From Planctomycetota bacterium (GTDB lineage Bacteria > Planctomycetota > SZUA-567 > H5-PLA8), in assembly GCA_045863855.1 (NCBI GenBank), contig BTVV01000005.1:53631-117630 (forward strand): a DNA stretch of 64,000 nucleotides, given 5' to 3'. Under the pieces are notes generated by a model that saw only the letters and a list, made by a program, of their open reading frames with translations, searched no databases and was not told where the DNA came from. This document shows positions 56,735 to 64,000 of the stretch, in pieces. Within the stretch, counting starts at the first letter, position 1; each line of letters opens with the position of its first letter. The position numbers were made by a program, and so were the translations under genes.

Positions 56735-57750
56735 AGCGCACCCTCCCCTTCCAGAAACCGCGCTTCGATCTCCAGCGCCCACAGCGGCGGCAACGTCTGC
56801 CCGGCCGGCTCCAGGGCTTCCAATTTCGCGGCGTCCTTGCCGGTCACGACCACGACCTCCGGCTGGTATCGGCCCGCGGCCTCCACCATCTCGGTCCAGC
56901 CCGCTCGCGCGTAATCGAAGTGATCGGGATACGTGAGCTTCCCCGCCAGTTGCGCGCCGAGGCGTTCGAGCGTCGCGTAGAAGGCTTCGGGATGCCCCAG
57001 CCCGCAGGCCGCGAGCACGCGCTTTCCGGCCAGCGCTTCGGCGTCTTGCGTCTCGTTCGCGCCGAAGAGCCGGCGCAGGCGCGCGGGGCGGTGTTCGCAG
57101 ACGGCCCACACGGCGTGAGGGGCGGCCAGCGAGGCGATTCGCTGGGCTTCGGCCAAGCGTTCCGGCGCCACCAGATTGGCGCGGGTGCACACCACCGCGC
57201 CGGCCCGCGCCAGAGCCGCCGGCCCTTCACGCAGGCGTCCCCAAGGCAGCAGATGCCCGCCGCCGAGCGGATCGGTCGCGTCGAGTAGCACCACATCCAG
57301 GTTGCGGGCCAGCCGCCAATGCTGAAATCCGTCGTCCAGGAGCGCCACGTCGCAGCCTTGCGCACTTGCCTTCAACGCGCTGGCGTACCGGTCGGGATTC
57401 GCGAAGACGGGCGCCTGCGGGAGCAGCCGGGCCAGTTCGCGCGCTTCGTCATTGAGTTCGCCGGGGCGCGCCGCGCCGTAGCCGCGCATCAGGATCGCGG
57501 GCTTGCGCCCGCGCTCGAGCAAGCCGCGCGCGAGCCAAGCCACGAGCGGCGTTTTACCGGTTCCGCCCACGGTAAGGTTACCGACCGAGACGACGGGAAT
57601 CGGAGCGCGACGAGGTTGCTTGAGGCCCAGCGCGTAGCAGATCCGGCGCAACGCCACGCCGGCGGCAAAGCCCGCGGCCAGCGGCGGACCGGCCCAGCGC
57701 CACGCCGGCGGCAGCGGCGCGGGCGGTACCGGCGCCTGCGCACCGCCCAT
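56689..57750 (-). CDS. lpxK: Tetraacyldisaccharide 4'-kinase
   Basis: [48 protein letters not shown]. Confidence 0.95.
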   Translation of the reverse strand: MGGAQAPVPPAPLPPAWRWAGPPLAAGFAAGVALRRICYALGLKQPRRAPIPVVSVGNLTVGGTGKTPLVAWLARGLLERGRKPAILMRGYGAARPGELNDEARELARLLPQAPVFANPDRYASALKASAQGCDVALLDDGFQHWRLARNLDVVLLDATDPLGGGHLLPWGRLREGPAALARAGAVVCTRANLVAPERLAEAQRIASLAAPHAVWAVCEHRPARLRRLFGANETQDAEALAGKRVLAACGLGHPEAFYATLERLGAQLAGKLTYPDHFDYARAGWTEMVEAAGRYQPEVVVVTGKDAAKLEALEPAGQTLPPLWALEIEARFLEGEGALWARIDEALARPAAT

Positions 57751-57754
57751 CGCG

Positions 57755-58213
57755 TCAGACCCCTACGCTCGTCGGAGGAAGATACGGCTCGAAGGCCGCC
57801 TGCAAGTCCTTGGGCATGCGCTGGACCTTGCCCGCGGCATCGACGCACGCCAGCTCGACGCGCCCCACAACCAGAAGCGTCCGCCGGCCTTCGGGTTCGA
57901 TCCGCTCGATTCTGTTCTCGAAGATCACCGTGGCGCGGCGCAGTTCGAGCAGCCGCGTCCTGATGCCCAGTTGATCTTCGAAGCGCGCCGGCGCGTGGTA
58001 GGTCAGTTCGAGCTTGACGACCGGCATCAGCACGCCGCGGCGTTCGATGTCGCGGTACGGGCAGCCGATATCGCGCATCCAAGTGACGCGGCCCAGTTCG
58101 AACCAGCTCACCGCCACCGAATGGTGGGCGTAGCCCATCTGGTCGGTCTCGGCGTAGCGGACTTCGGTGCGCGTCTCGTGGAACGAACCGGGCGATGCGG
58201 CAAAGAGGCTCAT
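57755..58213 (-). CDS. YbgC/FadM-family acyl-CoA thioesterase
   Basis: VRYAETDQMGYAHHS...WFELGR...Y.APARFED hot-dog motif. Confidence 0.9.
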   Translation of the reverse strand: MSLFAASPGSFHETRTEVRYAETDQMGYAHHSVAVSWFELGRVTWMRDIGCPYRDIERRGVLMPVVKLELTYHAPARFEDQLGIRTRLLELRRATVIFENRIERIEPEGRRTLLVVGRVELACVDAAGKVQRMPKDLQAAFEPYLPPTSVGV

Positions 58214-58274
58214 GGGGTAAAAGTGTAGCGGGCTTTTCAGGAACGTCCACGAGCCGCATCCGAGAGAGCATCCC

Positions 58275-59036
58275 GTGCCCCGCACACCCCCAGACCAGGA
58301 ACCGTGGTACGTTGCCGCCTTCGAGGCCGATTACCTCGAGCGCTACGCGCACCGCGACGAAGCCTCGGCACGCGCCGAAGGCCCGTTTCTGTCCCGTGCC
58401 TTGAGTCTGCCGGCCGGCGGGCGCGTGCTGGACCTGTGCTGCGGCGCGGGGCGCCACAGCCGTACCTTGGCCGCCGCGGGCTTGCGCGTACTGGGGGTGG
58501 ATCTGAGCCTCGCGTTGTTGCGCCGCGCCCGCGCCGAAGCCCCGGGCATCCCGGTCCTCCGCGCGGACATGCGCGCGCTCCCGCTGGCCGGATCGAGCCT
58601 CGACGGCGCGGTGAATCTATTCACCTCGTTCGGCTACTTCGAGTCCGACGCCGAGAACGCGCGGGCGCTGACCGAAGTGGCGCGCGTGCTGCGCCCCGGC
58701 GGGCGCTTCGTGATCGATTTTCTCAACCTGCCGCGCACCCTTGCGAACCTGCAGCCGCGCAACGAGCGGACTTCGGGCAGCGACCGGATCGTCGAGCACC
58801 GCCGCTACGACGCGGTCCGGCGGCGGTTGGTGAAGGACGTGACGGTGTTCAAGAACGACGGCGCGGAACGCAAGCGGCTCGTCGAATCGGTGCGCGCCTT
58901 TGCGCCGGACGAACTGATCGAGTTGCTGGAACAATCCGGTTTGCGCGTCCTTGAGCGCTGCGGCGACTTGGCCGGAGCGGTCTTCAGCGGAACGAACAGT
59001 CCACGCTGCGTCCTGGTGGCCGAACGCCCGCGCTAA
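58275..59036 (+). CDS. Class I SAM-dependent methyltransferase
   Basis: VLDLCCGAGRH, GVDLS, ADMR.LP, FTSFGYF, LRPGG. Confidence 0.92.
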   Translation: MPRTPPDQEPWYVAAFEADYLERYAHRDEASARAEGPFLSRALSLPAGGRVLDLCCGAGRHSRTLAAAGLRVLGVDLSLALLRRARAEAPGIPVLRADMRALPLAGSSLDGAVNLFTSFGYFESDAENARALTEVARVLRPGGRFVIDFLNLPRTLANLQPRNERTSGSDRIVEHRRYDAVRRRLVKDVTVFKNDGAERKRLVESVRAFAPDELIELLEQSGLRVLERCGDLAGAVFSGTNSPRCVLVAERPR

Positions 59037-59191
59037 GCGTTTCAGAAAAGAAGCACGGCCTGCGAGGGTTCCAAGCGCGGAATTTGCACGGTGCACTTTC
59101 GCACGGCGGCAAAAATTGTCCGGCTCCGCCCAAAATAGGCGCGTCGTAAGGTTAATATGAGTCTGGTCCATTAGCGATTCGTGGAGCCCGA

Positions 59192-62086
59192 ATGCCGAGC
59201 CTGCTGCGCCTCGTGTGCCGGTCTTGCCAGCATCGCTATGAGGTTACCGCCGCGCAGGCCGCGGGGAAGCCGCGCTGTCCTCAGTGCGGTGCATCGAACG
59301 CCGCCGCGACATCGGCCAAACGCCTGACACCGGCCAAGCGCACGCCCGCGAAGCCAACGCGGGGCTCCAAGGACGCAACGGCCGGCTACCGCAGCGAAGA
59401 GACGGTCCATCCGCCGCGCTTGGGGAGCGGTCCGGACGGACGCAAAGCCGGAAGCGCCACGCGTCCCGGACGCCGGCCCACGGGAAGCCAGCCGCCGGAA
59501 CCCGAATTCCGTCCGGCGCCTTCGTACATCCCCGAAGAACTGGGACCGTACCGCATCTTGCAGGAGATCGGACGCGGCGGCGTGGGCGTGGTGCTGAAAG
59601 GCCGCGACGGCGCGCTGCGGCGCGAAGTGGCGGTCAAGACGTTGCGCGAGGACGGAGCGGCCGACGAGCCCATGCGGCTGCGCTTCATCGCCGAAGCCCA
59701 GATTACCGGCCAGTTGGAGCACCCCGGCATCGCCCCGGTCTATTTCTTAGGACGCGGCGGCGACGGCATCGAATTCTTCGCCATGCGGCTGGTGGAAGGC
59801 ACGGGCTTCGACAAGATCCTGAACCGCTGGCACAGCCACGACCTCGAGACGCGCGAAGAGTACCCGCTCCCGCGGCTGATCTCGATCTTCGAGCGCATCT
59901 GCGAAACGGTGGGTTTCGCGCACAGCCGCCGGGTGATCCATCGCGACCTGAAGCCCGGCAACATCATGATCGGGCATCACGGCGAAGTCTGGGTGCTCGA
60001 CTGGGGCTTGGCGAAGGTGCTGGACGAAGACGACCCGGAGACGCACGCGCCGCACGAAGCGCCGTCGGCGGGCGTGGCTTCGATCCGCGGCGATCTGGGC
60101 GAAGCGCTGACGATCCAAGGGCATACGGTGGGCACGCCGGAGTACATGTCGCCCGAGCAGGCGCGCGGCGAAACGCTGGACGCGCGCACGGATATCTACA
60201 GTCTCGGCGCGATCCTGTACCACATGCTCACCGGCGACCCGCCGATTCGCGGCGAGACGCTGGAAGAGACCGTGAACAACGCCGCGCGCGGAACGGTCCG
60301 GCCGGTGCGGCGCACGCCCGGAGGCCGCCACGCGCCCCCCGCGCTGGCCGCCATCTGCGAACGCTGCCTCGCGCGCGATGCGGAGAAACGATACCGCACC
60401 GCCAACGGCCTGTTGCGCGACCTGCGGCACTACCAGGCCGGAGAAACCGTCAGCGCGCTGCCCGAATCGGCGGCCGACCGCTTCAAGCGTTTCGCGCGCC
60501 GGCACCGCCTGGGACTCGCCGTGGCCGGATCCGTCTGCGGGCTGGTGCTGGTCGTCGTCACCGTCGCCTCGGCACTGGTCGCCCGCAAGGATCGTCTTGC
60601 GCTTCGCGCGATCGAACAGTTGCGCGAACAGGAGGTCCGCACCGAGGCAGCCGAGAACGCGCAGGTCAAGGCCGAAGCCGCGGCGCAGCAGGCCAAACTC
60701 GAAAGGCAGGCGGCTCTCGTCGCCCAAGCCGAACGCGGACAGCGCCGCGCGCGCGCCTTCGTCCCCTATGGCGAGGCGATGAACCTCCTCCTGCGCGGCG
60801 TCGCGCCCGACCGGGCGGCCGAGGCGCTGCGCGAGGCGCTCCGGCAAGACGCCGAATTCCCCGAAGCGCAGCATGCGCTGGGCGAAGCGCTGCGGTTGAG
60901 CGGGAACCCGAAGGATTCCGCCGAGGCGTTTCTGCGCGCGGACGAACTGAACCGCAAGCTGACCGGGCAGCCCAATCTTCAGGCGCTGGTCGCCGCGGGC
61001 TTCGCGTTCGACGGGGCCGGCTACTACACCGAAGCGCAGACGGCCTTCCAGCGCGCCGAGAAGCTCGGCGCCGACCATCCGCTCGCCTTGGTCGGCCGGG
61101 CGCTCGCGTTGTCCTACGACCGCCGCCTGCGCGAAGCTATGGAAGTCGCGAAAAGAGCCCAAGCCTTGGGGCCGCACTTCTGGGAAGCCCACTTGACCGT
61201 CGGCTACATTCTGATCGAAAGCGACGGCGAAGGCCTCTTCCCTCACGGATCGAACCGCCAAGCCGCTCGCGACGCCCTCCAGCGCGCGCACGATCTTGCG
61301 CCGCGGCAGGCAGAAACGTGCATCTGGCTTGCCACGGCCCTGGAGGCGGAAGATCCGCCGGATCGCGCCGGCGCCGACCGGCTGCAAGAACAGGCCATCG
61401 TGCTCGAACCCAAGAACGGATGCCGCTACGCGTTCCGCGCATTGACGCTGATGCGGCGCGGCAACCTCCCGGAAGCGACCGACTATCTAAAGCGCGGGCG
61501 CGCACTGGGACTCTCGAACCTGCAATCCAAGATGGCCGAAGCGGTTCTCGCCGCCCGCAGCGGAGACGAACGCGCTTCCTATGCCTGCCTGAAAGAATTG
61601 CAGGAGAGCGGCTCGCTCTTTCCGTCCCAGATGGCCAACTTGTTCATCTCCGCCATCAATTTAGATTGCTTCGACGAGGTGGAAAAAGATTACGAACGCT
61701 GGGTCGCCTCCTACCCGACATACTCCTGGACCTACGGACTGCAGGGCCACTTGCTCAAGAAAAAGGGATTGAAGCAGGAGGCCAAGCAAAAGTTTCTGGA
61801 AGGCCTCAAGCAAGCGCCGTATCACGCCACGCTCTTGCAGTGGCTGGCCAACCTGCATATAGAACTGGGCGAAACGAAGGACGCGTTGGAAGTCGCCCAG
61901 CGCGCGTGCGAGGCCGCGCCCAAGCAGCCGAAGCCGCAGATTCTAAAGATGATCGCGCTGGCCTGGCTGAAGCGCAACGCCGAGGCGACCGCACTGCGCG
62001 ATGAAATTCTCGCGCGCTTCCCCGATCAGCGGGAGGTTGTCGAGTCCTTTGCGAAACGTATCGGACTGAGCGCTTCCGGCAAGTAG
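59192..62086 (+). CDS. Hanks-type Ser/Thr protein kinase with N-terminal Zn-ribbon, TM and C-terminal TPRs
   Basis: CRSC..CPQC; GRGGVG, VAVK, HRDLKPGN, DWGLAK, GTPEYMSPE; hydrophobic segment; TPR-like repeats. Confidence 0.93.
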   Translation: MPSLLRLVCRSCQHRYEVTAAQAAGKPRCPQCGASNAAATSAKRLTPAKRTPAKPTRGSKDATAGYRSEETVHPPRLGSGPDGRKAGSATRPGRRPTGSQPPEPEFRPAPSYIPEELGPYRILQEIGRGGVGVVLKGRDGALRREVAVKTLREDGAADEPMRLRFIAEAQITGQLEHPGIAPVYFLGRGGDGIEFFAMRLVEGTGFDKILNRWHSHDLETREEYPLPRLISIFERICETVGFAHSRRVIHRDLKPGNIMIGHHGEVWVLDWGLAKVLDEDDPETHAPHEAPSAGVASIRGDLGEALTIQGHTVGTPEYMSPEQARGETLDARTDIYSLGAILYHMLTGDPPIRGETLEETVNNAARGTVRPVRRTPGGRHAPPALAAICERCLARDAEKRYRTANGLLRDLRHYQAGETVSALPESAADRFKRFARRHRLGLAVAGSVCGLVLVVVTVASALVARKDRLALRAIEQLREQEVRTEAAENAQVKAEAAAQQAKLERQAALVAQAERGQRRARAFVPYGEAMNLLLRGVAPDRAAEALREALRQDAEFPEAQHALGEALRLSGNPKDSAEAFLRADELNRKLTGQPNLQALVAAGFAFDGAGYYTEAQTAFQRAEKLGADHPLALVGRALALSYDRRLREAMEVAKRAQALGPHFWEAHLTVGYILIESDGEGLFPHGSNRQAARDALQRAHDLAPRQAETCIWLATALEAEDPPDRAGADRLQEQAIVLEPKNGCRYAFRALTLMRRGNLPEATDYLKRGRALGLSNLQSKMAEAVLAARSGDERASYACLKELQESGSLFPSQMANLFISAINLDCFDEVEKDYERWVASYPTYSWTYGLQGHLLKKKGLKQEAKQKFLEGLKQAPYHATLLQWLANLHIELGETKDALEVAQRACEAAPKQPKPQILKMIALAWLKRNAEATALRDEILARFPDQREVVESFAKRIGLSASGK

Positions 62087-62248
62087 CCCGCCCTCACCGC
62101 CCTGCACGCGGGTTAGCTGTCCGTAACCGGTGTACTGCCGCGGCCGCGGCCTCATCGCGTACGATCAATCTCGCATAACCCCTTCGTGCGTGATGATTTA
62201 TCTACTAACAAGTGCATTCATTTCTTTTATGAAAATCATTTGCTCTCG

Positions 62249-62277
62249 TTGACAATACCACGCCAAAGTGGTTGAAT
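62249..62277 (+). promoter_or_regulatory. Putative sigma-70 promoter for the pilin gene
   Basis: TTGACA-N17-TTGAAT with a TG extension and an AT-rich upstream tract. Confidence 0.5.
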
Positions 62278-62500
62278 GGAAAGGTTGGAACACTCCCGGC
62301 TGGCACAAACTTTCTGCACTCGCCCGCCGGTACCGCACCCGGTTCCCACCGACCGCATCGCATTCGGCGCCGGACTTCGCAGCCGGTTCCGGAAGTTTCG
62401 CAAAGCCGTACTCCTGCACCAGGCCTAACCGCATGCCTGCTTCGGGCGCCATACGCCTTGCCACCTGGCAAGTGCGTCACCCTTTGCAGGAGTCGACTCC

Positions 62501-63094
62501 ATGAAATCCAGAGGCTTCACCCTGATCGAACTGATGATCGTCGTCGCGATCATCGCCATCATTGCCGCGATCGCGATCCCGAACTTATTGCGTTCGCGCA
62601 TGGCGGCCAACGAGTCGGCGGCCATCGGAGCTTGCAAGGCGTATGCGGAAGCGCAGGAGATTTTCCGTCGCACCGACTACGACAGCGACGGCATCTTGGA
62701 GTACGCGACGACCATTCGCGGCGCCAACAGCCTGTACGAGATTACGTCCGGAACGGGCGACTTGGCCCTGGTCGACGCCGCGTTCGCTCGAGCGGAAGGC
62801 GATACGCCGGGCGGGGGCGGCACGGTCGAAGCGACCGCACCCAAGGCCGGCTACATCTTCAGCGTCTTGACGGGGCAGGGCACCTCGGCGCCCGGCGGTG
62901 CGAAAACGTACGTCATCAACAGCAACATGACCGTCGGGTACGGCCTGAGCGCCATTCCCAGCACGTGGGACGCCAGCGGCCGCAACAGCTTCCAGATCAA
63001 CAACACCGGCACGGTATACCAGCGCGATCAAGGCTCGACGACCTCGCACCTTACGGTTTACGGCGCCGACACCACTTGGGTCGTATCCGAATAA
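62501..63094 (+). CDS. Type IV pilin / pseudopilin-like protein
   Basis: Class III signal MKSRG|FTLIELMIVVAIIAIIAAIAIP (E5); RBS aggag. Confidence 0.92.
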   Translation: MKSRGFTLIELMIVVAIIAIIAAIAIPNLLRSRMAANESAAIGACKAYAEAQEIFRRTDYDSDGILEYATTIRGANSLYEITSGTGDLALVDAAFARAEGDTPGGGGTVEATAPKAGYIFSVLTGQGTSAPGGAKTYVINSNMTVGYGLSAIPSTWDASGRNSFQINNTGTVYQRDQGSTTSHLTVYGADTTWVVSE

Positions 63095-63136
63095 ATTGCT
63101 GGAAGGACGCGAAGCTTGCGTTCAAGGAGCGGTCGT

Positions 63137-63409
63137 ATGGGACTCGTTACCTTCTGGATCGCCGCGGGAATCGCCGCGGGCCTGTGGTCCAAGCCCATCT
63201 TTCCCGGCGTGGCCTACGGTGCGCTGGTCGGCAATCAGACGCTTGGATTGCTGGGCGCGGTGGCGGGCGGATGGCTGGCGAGTTACGCGATGGGAGACGG
63301 CAATACCGCGTGGGCCGTCAGCGCGTTGGGCGCTTGCGCCGGATCGCTCGGACTCCTGGCGGTGATCTACCAGTGGCTTACCAAGCCAGACCCGGTCACT
63401 AAAAAATAG
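63137..63409 (+). CDS. GlsB/YeaQ/YmgE-like small membrane protein
   Basis: W...G..AG....I.PG...LGLLGAVAGGWL; three hydrophobic segments. Confidence 0.6.
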   Translation: MGLVTFWIAAGIAAGLWSKPIFPGVAYGALVGNQTLGLLGAVAGGWLASYAMGDGNTAWAVSALGACAGSLGLLAVIYQWLTKPDPVTKK

Positions 63410-63436
63410 GTTAAGCGCGCGAATAGCGGTTAGGGG

Positions 63437-63709
63437 CTACGGCTTACCGGATCGTGTTTCGCCGCTTGATACGGTCGCCGAGTTATCGTCGGGCACGTAT
63501 TCGATCAAATCGCTGAGGCTCTTCACTTCGAAGTAGCGGCACAGCTTCTCCAGCGTGGACAGATACACGCGCTCGAATTTACAATTCTTGAGCCGAATGA
63601 GCGCCCCCTGCGACAAGCCGGTCTCTTTGGCGATCGTACGAATGGGTAGATCGCGGCGCTCTCGATACGCCTTATGCCGCCGCAGATCGTCGAAACTGGA
63701 TCGAATCAT
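63437..63709 (-). CDS. Cro/C1 (XRE) helix-turn-helix protein
   Basis: IRTIAKETGLSQGAL....V.LSTLEKLCRYF.V....DLIEY. Confidence 0.82.
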   Translation of the reverse strand: MIRSSFDDLRRHKAYRERRDLPIRTIAKETGLSQGALIRLKNCKFERVYLSTLEKLCRYFEVKSLSDLIEYVPDDNSATVSSGETRSGKP

Positions 63710-63972
63710 CGGTTGCGCGACTCCATTATTGTATCCGCTAATGGTACCTAGAGTTATCGTTGCCACTACTCAAGACTCGATTCGTGCTCGAAAAAGCTCC
63801 GCTAACGGGAGCTCCGCAATCGAGAAGCACGCAACGCCTGGGCGCCGTTTGCCATGCACTCCTTGCGCTTGCAAAGCCAGGGGATGTAGTCAATGATACG
63901 CCGAGTTAAGCGATCGCAGCCAGCCGTTCTTTCGTTCTCCGGTCGTTCTTGTAAACCGTTGTCAGTAAAGGT

Positions 63973-64000
63973 GGCGGGGTAGCTCAGTTGGTTAGAGCAG
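63973..64000 (+). tRNA. 5' part of a tRNA, truncated by the window edge; isotype not visible (Met plausible)
   Basis: GGCGGGG-TA-GCTC-AGTTGGTTA-GAGC-AG matches the acceptor 5' strand and D arm. Confidence 0.85.

Noticed and set aside
62301..62317. Sigma-54 promoter TGGCAC before the pilin gene
   Set aside because: The -12 position reads CT rather than GC at the required spacing
62395..62470. c-di-GMP-I riboswitch in the pilin leader (GCAAAGCC...GGCCTAA)
   Set aside because: Spacing between the two motifs is too long and the upstream GGCAAAC/GAAA stem is missing
1..64000. Many long overlapping ORFs in the track (e.g. 22433-24859, 41057-43324, 59284-62004, 5837-7609)
   Set aside because: Antisense or off-frame shadows of well-supported genes, expected at high GC; Arg/Ala/Pro-rich with no motifs

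Overview
High-GC (roughly two-thirds G+C) bacterial chromosome segment with about 55 protein-coding genes and the first 28 nt of a tRNA at the right edge. Gene content points to a Planctomycetota-like diderm: lpxK, three ECF sigma/anti-sigma pairs, prenyltransferase/squalene-cyclase-repeat proteins, a DWG-type Ser/Thr kinase, STN- and secretin-like proteins, and a DUF1570-like peptidase. Housekeeping genes (aroD, maf, yraN, tatD, nadE, clpP, yebC, ruvC, lpxK) are interspersed with many envelope and signalling genes. I saw no CRISPR array, transposase, integrase or rRNA. The main candidate for a new system is a pair of paralogous operons (7764-10192 and 47315-49743). In each, an ECF sigma factor is followed by a single protein that joins an anti-sigma domain, a transmembrane helix with a TonB/TolA-like S-x3-H motif, an acidic linker and a periplasmic squalene-cyclase-like alpha/alpha-barrel. 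A GCAC-Nx-GTGC palindrome recurs upstream of all three ECF genes and the kinase. Other oddities: a cluster of free STN-domain proteins, a tandem double-secretin-like protein, a ZnuA-like binding protein paired with a LolD/FtsX-type ABC, a nicotinamidase-like gene lacking its nucleophilic Cys coupled to nadE, and a ~110-nt intergenic hairpin that may be an ncRNA. All family assignments come from reading motifs by eye; no database searches were run.
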